64,000 nucleotides of DNA from Candidatus Dadabacteria bacterium (GCA_963805855.1 CAWDVW010000005.1:736001-800000), one strand, 5' to 3'. Positions 30,311-42,075 are shown, numbered from the stretch's first letter. Notes: generated by a model from the letters alone, not told the origin. Numbers and translations: made by a program.

Positions 30311-31999
30311 ATGAAACGTCGGAAGAATCAGGGCAAATTCCTGGTGAAGAGGATCTCGGGAAAGGCGCTGACGGATGCAATGATAATCGGTTCTATCTTG
30401 TTCGCATTAGTTGCTCTGCTCGCTCCTAAGTCAGAGACTGCCATCGCCCAGACGAGCCCTGGAATTCCACAGGCAATCACCACGCCGGACCAGGTCGAAA
30501 CACGGATCGGCAGTCTTGAGTTCAAGGATGGCGTGCCGAGCGAGGAGACTGCCGAGAAGGTACGCGACACCTTGGACTTCACCCGCGCCCTGAATGCGTA
30601 CAACAACAGTTTCCGCGGCGCATCGGCGTATGCAATCGCGGAGGGCTTTCAGAGCATCGGCGCCGAGGACAACACGGTGGTCATCTTCTCCGAGCTGATG
30701 GATTCGAAATCGCTGTTCCTTACGGCCAACGCCGACACCGTCTATTACCTGGCCGTGGTGAATTTAACGAAGGGGCCGATGGTGGTCGAACAGCCGCCGA
30801 AGAGCCTTGGCACCATCAACGACATGTGGTTTTCGTGGATCATCGACATCGGGTTCCCCGGCCCCGACCGAGGCGAAGGAGGCAAATACCTGCTCGTGCC
30901 GCCAGGCTATGACGGCCCGTTGCCGGACAGCGGATTCCACGTCGCGCACTCGAGCACGAATCGTGTCCTGTACGCTGCTCGCGCTTACCTCACGGACAAT
31001 GATCCGACGGCGACCGTCGAGATGATTAAGAAGACGATCAAGATTTACCCGTACACGCCGGGGGGCTACGGCACAAGCATAGCGACGGCGCTCGATGGCA
31101 AGGTCCGGATCGCAAAGAACCCGCCGATTCCCGAGATCAAGTTCGTCGAAGCGAGCGGCAAATCTTTCAACACGATCCCTCCCAGCGACTACACGTTCTT
31201 CGACATGATCAATGAGAACGTGCAACAGGAACCGGCTACCAGTTACGACGTCGAACTCGCCGGGCAACTGGCCGCCATCGGCATCGTGAAGGGCAAGCCG
31301 TTCGAGCCGGATGAACGGATGAAAAAGATCCTCACCGACGCGGCAGCCGTGGGCAACGCCGCCAGTCGCGTGCTGAACTGGCGCTTCAGCGTGTTGCATC
31401 CTGAATGGTCGTACTACCCCGGCTCGATGTGGGGCAACATGCTCTGGGAAGGAGGAGCCTTCTTCGAGACGCCTCCGCCGATGGTTACCAAGGAGGGCTT
31501 TTTCAAACCGCTTCCGCCTACTGGCGCACGGACCCTCGACTCGCGGACGGCGTTTTACTACGCCTATACCCTCGACTCTCCGGGTATGATCATGCGAATT
31601 CCCGACATCGGCTCGCAGTATCTCATGGGCTTTCTGGACGCGGACAAGAATCCCCTCGACGGCGCCAAGACGTACAAGGTGACGCTTCCGCCAAACATTC
31701 CCGCGGGCAAGTTCTGGTCTTTCACGCTGTACGATAACCAGTCGCGCTCAATGCTCGACACCCCGCAGCGCTACCCGCGCGCGGGCAGCCAGAGTTATCC
31801 CTCGCCGTCCGCCGAACCGAACGCTGACGGCTCCACGACAGTTTACTTCAGTCCGACGCAGCCCGAAAGCGTGAAGCGGGGCAATTGGATTCAGACCGAT
31901 TCGAAGAAGGGCTGGTTCACGATTTTGCGTCTCTACAGCCCGCTCGAACCCTTCTTCACGAAGAAATGGAGGCCGAGCGAGATCGAACTAGTAAGGTGA
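30311..31999 (+). CDS. DUF1254/DUF1214 domain secreted protein
   Basis: TANADTVY, GPDRGEGGKYLLVPPGY, LDGAKTY..PAGKFWSFTLYD, LRLYSP; AGGAGG before ATG 30311. Confidence 0.9.
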   Translation: MKRRKNQGKFLVKRISGKALTDAMIIGSILFALVALLAPKSETAIAQTSPGIPQAITTPDQVETRIGSLEFKDGVPSEETAEKVRDTLDFTRALNAYNNSFRGASAYAIAEGFQSIGAEDNTVVIFSELMDSKSLFLTANADTVYYLAVVNLTKGPMVVEQPPKSLGTINDMWFSWIIDIGFPGPDRGEGGKYLLVPPGYDGPLPDSGFHVAHSSTNRVLYAARAYLTDNDPTATVEMIKKTIKIYPYTPGGYGTSIATALDGKVRIAKNPPIPEIKFVEASGKSFNTIPPSDYTFFDMINENVQQEPATSYDVELAGQLAAIGIVKGKPFEPDERMKKILTDAAAVGNAASRVLNWRFSVLHPEWSYYPGSMWGNMLWEGGAFFETPPPMVTKEGFFKPLPPTGARTLDSRTAFYYAYTLDSPGMIMRIPDIGSQYLMGFLDADKNPLDGAKTYKVTLPPNIPAGKFWSFTLYDNQSRSMLDTPQRYPRAGSQSYPSPSAEPNADGSTTVYFSPTQPESVKRGNWIQTDSKKGWFTILRLYSPLEPFFTKKWRPSEIELVR

Positions 32000-32092
32000 G
32001 TGCAGGGACATGAAATGTCAAAGGGGTACCACATGAAAAAAAAACGAACGGAAATTCTCATTCGTATAATAATGTGCTAAGGAGAATAATCA

Positions 32093-32419
32093 ATGAAGAC
32101 TTTGTTTGAAGGTAAAACGAGTTCATTATCAATCTTAGCAGCAGTGATTGTCCTTTGGTTAGGTTGCGCAACCGTCAACAAAGTTGAACAGGCGCAAGAA
32201 ATATCCGCTGAACAAATTGAAATGTTGCAACAACAATCCGCCGGAACCATTCCATGTCCGCCTGAGAAAATTGAAATCACGGGATACAAAATTAACAAAA
32301 CTGACGGAAGCGAATACTGGACTGCTTTTGGGTGCGATGGGGGGACATACAGTTGCACAAGGAGCGGCAAAGATAAGGCTGTAAATTGTGAGCGGGCGGA
32401 TCCAGATTTAATAAATTAG
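32093..32419 (+). CDS. small Cys-containing lipoprotein
   Basis: lipobox LWLGC, four further Cys, GGAG RBS. Confidence 0.65.
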   Translation: MKTLFEGKTSSLSILAAVIVLWLGCATVNKVEQAQEISAEQIEMLQQQSAGTIPCPPEKIEITGYKINKTDGSEYWTAFGCDGGTYSCTRSGKDKAVNCERADPDLIN

Positions 32420-32565
32420 CTAGACAAAATTGAATGACATGTTATTTACTTCCGACACAACTCGATATATAATTGGTACTCTTGATGGCTTTAAAATGGC
32501 AGGTTCCTGTTTGCACCTTTTAAGTACTGAATTACCTGCCGCTTCCTACAGGGTTTCCTTGGCGC

Positions 32566-32671
32566 GTCATTGCAAACGCATTCACTTTCGTCAGTTCAGG
32601 CTCCGTGAAGTAATCCCATTTATAGATTGCTTCGAACCCATTCGACCTGGCTCAGGGTTCCTCGCAATGAC
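32566..32671. repeat. GTCATTGC..GCAATGAC palindromic element with a nested CTGAG-type unit
   Basis: 8-bp terminal inverted repeat; internal GTAATC/GATTGC; CCATTCGACCTGGCTCAGGG inserted in a loop. Confidence 0.65.
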
Positions 32672-32733
32672 ATCTGAGACTTTCGGTTTCATTAAAAAAA
32701 TTTACATAGAATTGAGAAGTAAAGGAGGCTGAC

Positions 32734-35063
32734 ATGAAGAAAGGATATTTTCAGCTACGAAGCATATGTGCTTTATTAGTTGGAGCAGCCCTCTTGATCT
32801 TGATGGCGTGGCCAGGATTGGCTCAAAATAAGAACCCGGAGCGGAGCGTCTATTTCGGTGAAACACACCAACACACCAGTTGGTCTCTGGACGCCTATCT
32901 CTTCGGCAATCATATAACCGGGCCAGCGGATGCCCTTAAATATGCCCAGGGAGAGACGATCAAGCACCCGCTGGGTTACGACATCAAGATCACGACCCCG
33001 CTAGACTGGATGGGCGTGACGGACCACTCGGAATATGTGGGTGTTATGAAGGAGGCGAACACCCCGGGTTCAGCAGTTAGCAAGCTGCCAGCTGCACAGC
33101 CACTGATTATCCACGATCCAGAAAACAAGGAAGAAGTTAATAAGGTTTTCCTTTATCTCGTCACGCTCGTGGCAGGCAAGCCCGTTCCAGAATTGATGAG
33201 CCCAAAGGTAGCAAGCTCAGTATGGAAGGAAAACGTAAAGATTGCCGACGAGAACAACCACCCGGGCAAGTTCACCGCCTTCTGTTCCTACGAATACACC
33301 TCACAACATGACTATCGCAACCTCCATCGAAACATTTTCTTCAGAGATTGCGCCAAGGTGCCAGACATGCCATACACCTCGCTCCAGTCCTGGCATCCAG
33401 AAGACCTTTGGAAATGGATGGATACGCAGCGTAAGGCGGGTAACGAGCTGTTGGCGATTTCGCACAACGCAAACCTGAGCGACGGGTGGATGTATCCCAC
33501 CGATGTCAACAGCTTAGGAAGGCCAATCGACGCCGCGTGGGCCGAATCACGGATGCGTAACGAACGGCTGATTGAGATCAAACAAATCAAGGGGCAGTCG
33601 GAGACGCATCCCTTGCTCTCTCCAAACGATGAATTCGCGAACTACGAGATAATGAGCTTCCTCATAGGCCTCCCGGCGGACTCCGGCCGCTTCCCTCACA
33701 TTGTCGGCAGCTACGGCCGACAGGCCCTGAAAGATGGCATCACCATGCAGGACACCAGGGGCTATAACCCTTACAAGTTCGGTATCGTGGGTGGCTCCGA
33801 CTCGCACAACACGGGCACCCCATACCGTCAGGACAATTTCTACGGCGGGCACGGAATCAATGACGGAACCATCGAGACTCGCATGAGCGGCCATATTTTT
33901 TCAGGTATTGACGTGCGCCTTGAGAGCCCTGCCGGACTGACCGGGGTATGGGCGGAGGAGAACACTCGCGCATCAATATGGGACGCCATGTATCGCAAGG
34001 AAACATTCGGAACCAGTGGTCCTCACATAAAGTTGCGCATTCTTTGGCGGCTGGGAATACAGCCCTGACGAGGCGAAACAGAAGGACTGGGTCAAGGTGG
34101 GCTATGAAAAGGGCGTACCGATGGGCGGGGATCTTCCGCCGCCAAAGTCCAAGGCCCCGACGTTCGTCGTGTGGGCCGTAAAGGACCCGACTTCGGGCAA
34201 CCTCGACCGAATCCAGATCGTCAAAGGCTGGAGCAAAAGCGGCCAATCATTCGAAAAGGTTTTCGACGTCGTCTGGGCGGGCAACCGTCAGCCAGACAAT
34301 TGTACCGGGAGGTTCCGCCGATTGGGAGCACGGTCGACATCGAACGCGACCTACACAAACACAATCGGTGATGTGGAGCTGAAAACAGTGTGGACCGACC
34401 CGGAATTCGACCCAAGCCTCCACGCATTCTACTACGCACGTGTACTGGAAATCCCCACACCACGCTGGACCACCATCCAGGCCAAGGAACTCGGAATAGC
34501 CCCACCCGACGTTGTGCCGGCAACAATCCAGGAGCGTGCGTGGAGTTCGCCAATCTGGTACACGCCGAGTGCCGAGACACGCAAAACCGCAAAGCCTGGC
34601 CCGACGGTGGCCGACCTTAACAAGAAAGGCGCGGTAGCCCTGGATCGAGGCACAACTCACGGCTTTGATCGTAGGCAAGTCCATTTGGTGGCGAAATATC
34701 GTCACCGGCGAGCCGTTCAAAATTCGCTATGACGATACTGGTCAGAGGATCATCCTGCATATCGGTAGGAATGCAACGCTGGCCAGTGAATTCGGCGATG
34801 TGGCGCAGAGCAGCTATCAAACAACACCCTCGCCGTACATGATTCAGAACGGCAAGCTCGTAATCTCGCTCGGGGGCACACTATTCGAGGTAACCGTTTA
34901 CAAGATGGGCGACAAATACATCGCTGCGCGGAGCAACGAGTTCGGCTATGCCAATTACGAAATCATGCCGAAAGGTCCGGAGAATTTGATCAATCTGGGA
35001 AAAGGAGAGTCGCAGGGAGAAGACAAAAATGTGCCTCCTGGGCCTGTTAAGGATGCAGAATGA
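32734..35063 (+). pseudogene. DUF3604 (PHP-like metallohydrolase) protein, frameshifted
   Basis: HQHTSWSLDA, TDHSEY, NLHRN, SHNAN, SDSH, ERAWSSPIWY; indels near 34039, 34310, 34345 and 34646 versus the paralog; may be sequencing error. Confidence 0.85.
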
Positions 35064-35091
35064 ACTCGGCGAGTAGGAGAAGCCTGCAGCG

Positions 35092-36063
35092 ATGAGTAAA
35101 TCTCCTGTCACTAAAGGTGAAGGGCGGCCTTTCCTTGCAGCCATTAAGCGCTGGCTGCGCGAGCCGCTGCTACACTTCGTGCTGGTGGGTCTTGCGCTTT
35201 TCGCCATCTACGGCTACATGAACCGCGGGCTTGGCGGGGTTGAGTCGTCCAAGCAAATTGCTTTGACCCTTGATGACCTGGGCCAGATGGACACGTACTT
35301 TGTCTCGCAGTGGCACCGGCAGCCAACTGCAGAGGAATTCCAGGCAATGGTGGAGGACAAGATCCGCGAGGAGATTCTCTATCGCGAGGCCTTGGCTATG
35401 GGTTTGGACAAAGACGACACCATTGTGAAGCGCCGCATGGCGCAGAAGATGCAGTTCCTGGCCGAGGACGTCGCCGCAGCACGCGAGCCAACAATAGAAG
35501 AACTAAAGGCGTGGTACGAAAAGAACACCGATATGTTCGCGATGCCAAGCCGTGTCAGCTTCCGCCATTTGTATTTTTCTCCAGACAGTCGGGGCCAGCG
35601 CGCATACGACGACGCGGAGAAGGCGCTGGCGAAGATCGCAGGACAGCCGGAAGACTCGAAACTCGCCCCTTCACTGGCCGATCAATTCATGTTTCAGGAC
35701 TACTACGGGGATCGCACATCGGAGCAGTTGGCCAAGGAGTTCGGCCCCAAATTCGCAGTGGCGGTTTCCAAGCTGAATCCCGGCTCCTGGCAGGGGCCGA
35801 TCGAGTCCGGCTATGGCTGGCATTTGGTGTTCGTCGATTCGGTGATTCCAGGCCGAATTCCCGCTTTCGAAGAAATTGAGCCGGACGTGAAGACCGCCTG
35901 GCTTGGCGAGCAGAAGCAGCAGGCGTGGGACAAGGCCTATAAAGAGATGCGCGCCAAGTACACCGTGCTGCTGCCCGCTCCTCCCACCAAGCAATCAGCC
36001 AGCGCACCTGCGCTACAGAACCCTAGGGAAATTGCCACCTCATCGGGGGAGGGACCTCTGTGA
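35092..36063 (+). CDS. PpiC/parvulin-type peptidyl-prolyl isomerase
   Basis: REPLLHF, EEILYREALAMGLDKDD.IVKRR, GSWQGPIESGYGWHLV. Confidence 0.88.
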   Translation: MSKSPVTKGEGRPFLAAIKRWLREPLLHFVLVGLALFAIYGYMNRGLGGVESSKQIALTLDDLGQMDTYFVSQWHRQPTAEEFQAMVEDKIREEILYREALAMGLDKDDTIVKRRMAQKMQFLAEDVAAAREPTIEELKAWYEKNTDMFAMPSRVSFRHLYFSPDSRGQRAYDDAEKALAKIAGQPEDSKLAPSLADQFMFQDYYGDRTSEQLAKEFGPKFAVAVSKLNPGSWQGPIESGYGWHLVFVDSVIPGRIPAFEEIEPDVKTAWLGEQKQQAWDKAYKEMRAKYTVLLPAPPTKQSASAPALQNPREIATSSGEGPL

Positions 36064-37079
36064 GCAGCTTGCAAAAGTACATAGCTTCGCTTCTGGCTGG
36101 ACTGCTTATCACCATCCTGCTTGCCCCACCTAGCCGCGCACACGAGACACGCCCCGCTTACCTGGAAATTAACGAGACCAGCCCTAGCCAGTTCAGCGTG
36201 CTCTGGCGCACACCAGTTCTGTCGGGCATGCGCCTGCCTATCGTCCTGAAATTTCCCGATGACGTGCAAAACATTAGGGAGCCGACATTCCAGGAACTTG
36301 CGGATTCGCTCGTCGAACGTCGGGTGATCGATGCAGGGGCAAGCGGGCTTGCCGGAAAGCGAATCGAGTTCATTGGACTTCAGGTAACTATCACGGACGT
36401 CCTGGTGCGTGTGCAGATGCTAGACGGCAGGAAGTGGACGACTATCGTCCGACCATCGCAACCGTGGGTGGAGATTGCCGCCTCACAATCCTGGCTGGGA
36501 GTGGCAGGCACATACGTCGCGCAGGGCATTCGGCACATTCTCTTCGGCTACGACCACCTGCTGTTCGTGTTCGCGCTTATCCTCATCGTAAGGAACCGCA
36601 GGGTGCTGTTCATGACGATCACCTCATTCACCATCGCCCACTCGATAACCCTGGCTCTGGCTACGCTTGGGGCGGTGCATGTGCCTAGACCACCGGTTGA
36701 AGCCGCCATCGCACTTAGCATTTTGCTCCTCGCCTGCGAGATCGTCCGGTTGCAACATGGTCAGGTGAGCTTGACCGCGAGGTGGCCATGGGTAGTGGCT
36801 TTCTCTTTCGGCCTACTCCACGGCTTTGGCTTCGCCAGCGCACTGACCGACATTGGGCTTCCACAGAGTGATGTTCCTCTCGCCCTGTTCTCTTTCAACG
36901 TCGGCGTCGAACTAGGACAGCTCGCATTCATCGGGGTAGTTTTCAGCGTCCTGGAGTTAGCAAAGCGGGTCAGGCTAGTTTCGGTCATCGGGCACCGTGC
37001 GCTTCCAGCCGCAACATATGGAATAGGCATATTGGCCGCGTTCTGGTTCTTAGAGCGCCTGGCGGGGTTCTGGATGTAA
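36060..37079 (+). CDS. HupE/UreJ family membrane protein
   Basis: AHE after the signal peptide, GIRHILFGYDHLLF, FTIAHSITL, FGLLHGFGFA, FNVGVELGQ; overlaps the PpiC stop (GTGA). Confidence 0.92.
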   Translation: MSSLQKYIASLLAGLLITILLAPPSRAHETRPAYLEINETSPSQFSVLWRTPVLSGMRLPIVLKFPDDVQNIREPTFQELADSLVERRVIDAGASGLAGKRIEFIGLQVTITDVLVRVQMLDGRKWTTIVRPSQPWVEIAASQSWLGVAGTYVAQGIRHILFGYDHLLFVFALILIVRNRRVLFMTITSFTIAHSITLALATLGAVHVPRPPVEAAIALSILLLACEIVRLQHGQVSLTARWPWVVAFSFGLLHGFGFASALTDIGLPQSDVPLALFSFNVGVELGQLAFIGVVFSVLELAKRVRLVSVIGHRALPAATYGIGILAAFWFLERLAGFWM

Positions 37080-37221
37080 GGACTGATAGGAGGAACTTAA
37101 AGGTAAAAATATTAGAAGAAGTTAAGAAGACAAGAAGACAAACATGGAAGGCGTAAAGAAAATCTTTTGCAATAGTTATTATCTCACATCAATGGTTGTG
37201 AAGAGGCTAAAGGAGCTTAAG

Positions 37222-39471
37222 ATGAAGAAAGGAGCTTTTGTGTGTTTTCAACTACGCGGTATAATTGCTTTACTACTGGGGACTGTGCTAATGATCCTGA
37301 TGGCTTCGCCGGGCTTCGCACAGAAAAACCCCGAGCGCAACGTCTACTTCGGGGAACAACACGTTCATACGAGCTGGTCATTCGATGCCTTCGCGTTCGG
37401 CGACACAGTCGACCGGGCCGGAAGAGTTCTACCAGTACGCGTTGGGTAAGCCCACTTTGCACCCCGGGGGCTTCAAGCAAACGATCAGCAAGCCGCTCGA
37501 CTGGGGCGCGGACACAGAGCATTCGGAGTACATGGGCATGATCCAGGAGGCGAATGATCCTGATTCAGCGCTCAGAAAGAACTCGCCATTTCTCTCGGCG
37601 GCGCTGAGGATCGGCACCGAGAAGGATCCGCTGCTCGCCTTCAAGATCCTGTCTGCCACGATCGCAAAGGGTGTGCACATCAAGGATCTCTCGAATCCCA
37701 GAGTGGCGGCTCCCGTCTGGAAACGGATCGTCCAGATCGCCGACAAGTACTATCAGCCCGGCAAGTTCACGACTTTCGTGGCCTACGAGTGGACCGCCAC
37801 TCCAAATTCCAAGAACCTCCACCGCAACATTTTCTTCCTGGACTCGAAAAGGGTACCGGAGGTGCCGTTCACCGCCGTCGATTCGACCGACCCGCGCGAA
37901 CTCTGGCAGTGGATGGACGGCCAGCGGAAGGCGGGCAACGAGTTACTCGCCGTCTCGCACAACTCGAACCTGAGCGACGGACTGATGTTCCCGACAGAGG
38001 TGGATGAGAAGGGTCGGCCCATCGACCGGGCATGGGCGGAAGCAAGGCTGCGCAACGAGCCGCTGCCGAGATGAAGCAGGTGAAGGGTCAGTCGGAGACA
38101 ACACCGGCGCTCTCGCCGAACGACGAGTTCGCGGACTACGAGGTCTTCGTCTGGCAGCTCCTGGGCGCCAAAGGCGCGCCTCAGGACTACGGGAGCTACA
38201 TCCGGCAGGCTTACAGGGACGGCGTCACGATGGAGCAAGCTCGCGGGTACAACCCCTACAAGTTCGGCGTCGTCAGCGGGTCCGACTCGCACGTCACCGT
38301 GGTACCCTACCGGCAGGACAACTTCTTCGGCGTCCACGGCACAGTGGATGACACGATGGAGAAGCGCTTGAGTGGCGCCACCGTTCTCGGGCTAAACAGC
38401 CTCTGGGTGACCCCAGCGGGTCTGAGCGCGGTGTGGGCGGAGGAGAATACGCGCGAGGCGATCTTCGCCGGGATGAAACGCAAGGAGACGTACTCCACGA
38501 GCGGTGTGCGCATCCCCGTACGCTTCTTCGGCGGCTGGCAATACGATGCCAAGCTGCTCGAGCAACGCGACTGGATCAAGACCGCTTACGCCAAGGGCGT
38601 GCCGATGGGAGCCGATCTCCCAGCCCCTGCGAGCCAGGCGCCCTCGTTTGTTGTCTGGGCGGTGAAGGACCCCGAAAGCGCCAACCTCGACCGCATCCAG
38701 ATCATCAAGGGCTGGAGCAAAAATGGTCAGTCGTTTGAGAAGATCTTTGATGTCGCCTGGGCGGGAACGCGGAAAATCGATCCCGCTACCGGCAAGGTGC
38801 CACCAATCGGGAACACAGTCGACCTCTCCAAGGGCACCTACACGAATACGATCGGGGCAGTTGAGCTGAAGACCGTCTCGACGGATCCGGAGTTTGATCC
38901 CAGCCTCGATGCGTTCTACTACGCCCGCGTGCTGGAGATTCCAACCCCACGCTGGAGCACAATCCAGGCGGCTAAACTAGGCAGAGTCCCGCCGCACACC
39001 CCTGGGCTGGGCATCCATACGGCGACAATTCAGGAGCGCGCGTGGAGCTCGCCGATATGGTACACGCCGAGTGCCGAGGCGCGCAAGGCCGCCAAGCCCG
39101 GCCTGACAGTGGAAGATCTCAAGAAAAAGGGCGCCGTGGCGCTCGATGACGCGCAGTTAAAGGAGTTGGTCGTGGGCAAGACAGTGAAGGTCACCAACAC
39201 CGTCACTGGTCAACGGTTCGAGATCCTTTACGGGACCGGTGGTCAACCTCTCATCACCTCGGTGGACGGCAAAGCAGGAGATTTGAGCGAGATCGCCGAA
39301 CTCTTGCACGGCGGAAGCGCGCAGTACGAGATTAGCGGGGGCCACCTGATCACCAGCTTGCGGGCACACCGTTCGAGGTCACTGTCTACAAAGCTCGGCG
39401 ACCGCTACGTGGCATCCCGCAGCAATGAGTTTGGATACGCCAATTACGAGGTCGAAGCGGTGGGACAGTGA
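37222..39471 (+). pseudogene. second DUF3604 protein, frameshifted
   Basis: HVHTSWSFDA, TEHSEY, NLHRN, SDSH, ERAWSSPIWY; indels near 37411, 38066, 39361 and 39390; may be sequencing error. Confidence 0.85.
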
Positions 39472-39558
39472 TTGACGAGATCGCGCGTTTAGGGGTGATG
39501 TGAGTGACGTGAAAGTAGCAATGTTATAATAATTTTAAAAACTAAGGAGAAACCAGTA

Positions 39559-42075
39559 ATGAAGAGAGTAACACAGATATCAAGAACAGCGGTACCATTA
39601 ATTTTTGCGATGTTGCTTTGGACTTTCCCGAGCCTGGCCCAGCAGATTACCGGAGTGCCGGGCTCGCCGAGCGCCACGACCACCATTGACGGGAAACAGC
39701 TCCCGCCACCGGACCCAAAATTCGGCGGCGTGATCAAGAATGACGCCCTGCAATCCAAGGCGTGGTGGGCACCGCGCATCGTGCCGCCGAAGAAGGCTCC
39801 AAACATCCTGCTCATCATGACCGACGACTCGGGCTTCGGCGTGCCCAGCACTTCCGGCGGGGTCATCCCGACGCCGACGATGGATCGCATTGCAAAGAAT
39901 GGCCTGCTCTACAACAACATCCACTCCACCGCGCTCTGTTCGCCGACGCGCGCCGCGTTGATTACCGGGCGCAACCATCATTCCGCGGGCTTCGGAGTCA
40001 TCTCGGAACAGTCGACCGGGTTCCCAGGTTACAACAGCATCATCAACAAAGACAAGGCGACAATCGGCCGCATCCTGGTGGACAACGGCTACGCCACCTC
40101 GTGGTTCGGTAAGGACCACAACACGCCTGCCTTCCAGGCCAGTCAGGTCGGGCCGTTCGATCAATGGCCGACTGGCATGGGCTTCGAGTACTTCTACGGG
40201 TTCGTCGGCGGCGACGCCAATCAGTGGCAGCCCAACCTGTTCCGCAACACTACGCAAATCTATCCTTTCGAAGGCAAGCCCGGCTGGAATTTGGTCACCG
40301 CAATGGCGGACGACGCCATCGATTGGTTGAACCGCATTGATCAGACTGATCCAAGCAAGCGATTCTTTCTGCATTACGTTCCCGGGGCCACTCACGCACC
40401 CCATCACCCGACTAAGGAGTGGGTCGACAAGATCCACGACATGCACCTGTTCGATGATGGATGGAACAAGCTGCGGGAACGGATCTTCGAGAACCAGAAG
40501 CGCCTTGGCGTGATCCCGGCTGACACGCAGCTAGAGCCCTGGCCGACGGAAGTCATCAAGGACTGGGATGATTGCACGCCCGAGGAGAAGAAGCTCTACA
40601 TCCGGCAGGTGGAAGTGTTCGCCGCCTACGTGGCCTACAATGACCACGAAATCGGCCGCGTCATCCAGACCATCGAGGACATGGGCAAGCTGGACGATAC
40701 CCTCATCATCTACATCAACGGCGACAACGGCACCAGCGCTGAGGGCGGCCCGTTGGGCACACCCAACGAAGTCGCGTTCTTCAACGGCGTCAACATGATG
40801 CCCGTCGCGGAACAGATGAAGTGGTATGACGTCTGGGGCACGGAGGAGACCTACAACCACATGTCTGCGGGCTGGTCCTGGGCGTTCGATACGCCTTTCA
40901 CCTGGTACAAGCAGAACGCCTCGAAGCTCGGCGGCATTCGCCAGTCCATGGCGATCTCCTGGCCGGGCCACATCAAGGACAAGGGTGCCCTCCGTGAGCA
41001 GTTCATGCACGTCATCGACGTAGTACCGACCCTTCTCGAAGTGACCGGTATCCCGGCGCCCGAGTATGTGGATGGCATTAAGCAGGCGCCCATCGAAGGC
41101 ACGAGCTTCGCCTACACCTTCGACCCCGCCAACGCCAAGGAACCGTCACGGCACAAGACTCAGTATTTCGAAATGATGGGCCAGTGGGCCCTGTATAACG
41201 AAGGCTGGCTGTTGAGCACCAAGGTGAACCGTGCGCCGTGGGAAGCCTTCGGCGCAGCCAATCCCGACCCGCTCAACAACCAGGTGCTCGAACTCTACGA
41301 CCTGAACACGGACTTTAGCCAGTCCCAGAACATCGCGGACAAGCATCCGGACAAAGTAAACCAGATGAAGCAGATGTTCATCGAGGAGGCCCACAAGTAT
41401 CAGGTTTTCCCGCTCGACGCTTCGGCGGCAGCCCGCGTCGTCGCCCCCCGCCCCAACATCACCGCCGGCCGCACGGAGTTTGTTTACACCCACCCCATGG
41501 TCGGCCTGCCTCAGGGCGATTCCCCGTTTCTGCTCGACAGCTCGTATACCATCACAGCGGACATCGAGGTCCCGGAAGGCGGCGCCGAGGGGATGATCCT
41601 TACCTCGGGCGGCCGGTTTGCCGGATACGGGTTCTACCTGCTCAAGGGCAAACCAGTGTTTCTCTGGAACCTCCTGGACCTGAAACGCATCAAGTGGGAG
41701 GGCCCGGACGCGCTCGCTCCCGGCAAACACACTCTGGAGTTCGACTTCAAGTATGACGGCCTGGGGATGGGCACGCTCGCTTTCAATAACATGAGCGGGC
41801 TTGGTCGCAGCGGCGTCGGCACGCTCAAGGTCGATGGCAAGGAGGTCCAGACCATCGCCATGGAGAAGACGCTGCCCATGATCCTGCAGTGGGACGAATC
41901 CTTCGACATCGGCTCCGACACGCTGACTGGTGTGAACGACGCCGATTACCTGCCGCCGTTCCCGCTCACCGCCAAGCTGAACAAACTGACATTGAAGATC
42001 GACCGGCCGCAGTTGTCGCCCGCAGATATCAAGAAGCTCGAACAAGCCCAGCGGAACAACAAGACAAGCGAGTGA
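39559..42075 (+). CDS. large Cys-type arylsulfatase, secreted
   Basis: signal peptide, APNILLIMTDD, LCSPTRAAL, GATHAPH, GDNG, C-terminal beta domain. Confidence 0.94.
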   Translation: MKRVTQISRTAVPLIFAMLLWTFPSLAQQITGVPGSPSATTTIDGKQLPPPDPKFGGVIKNDALQSKAWWAPRIVPPKKAPNILLIMTDDSGFGVPSTSGGVIPTPTMDRIAKNGLLYNNIHSTALCSPTRAALITGRNHHSAGFGVISEQSTGFPGYNSIINKDKATIGRILVDNGYATSWFGKDHNTPAFQASQVGPFDQWPTGMGFEYFYGFVGGDANQWQPNLFRNTTQIYPFEGKPGWNLVTAMADDAIDWLNRIDQTDPSKRFFLHYVPGATHAPHHPTKEWVDKIHDMHLFDDGWNKLRERIFENQKRLGVIPADTQLEPWPTEVIKDWDDCTPEEKKLYIRQVEVFAAYVAYNDHEIGRVIQTIEDMGKLDDTLIIYINGDNGTSAEGGPLGTPNEVAFFNGVNMMPVAEQMKWYDVWGTEETYNHMSAGWSWAFDTPFTWYKQNASKLGGIRQSMAISWPGHIKDKGALREQFMHVIDVVPTLLEVTGIPAPEYVDGIKQAPIEGTSFAYTFDPANAKEPSRHKTQYFEMMGQWALYNEGWLLSTKVNRAPWEAFGAANPDPLNNQVLELYDLNTDFSQSQNIADKHPDKVNQMKQMFIEEAHKYQVFPLDASAAARVVAPRPNITAGRTEFVYTHPMVGLPQGDSPFLLDSSYTITADIEVPEGGAEGMILTSGGRFAGYGFYLLKGKPVFLWNLLDLKRIKWEGPDALAPGKHTLEFDFKYDGLGMGTLAFNNMSGLGRSGVGTLKVDGKEVQTIAMEKTLPMILQWDESFDIGSDTLTGVNDADYLPPFPLTAKLNKLTLKIDRPQLSPADIKKLEQAQRNNKTSE

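Noticed and set aside
32430-32732. 100-aa ORF
   Set aside because: It is mostly a palindromic repeat element and has no protein features.
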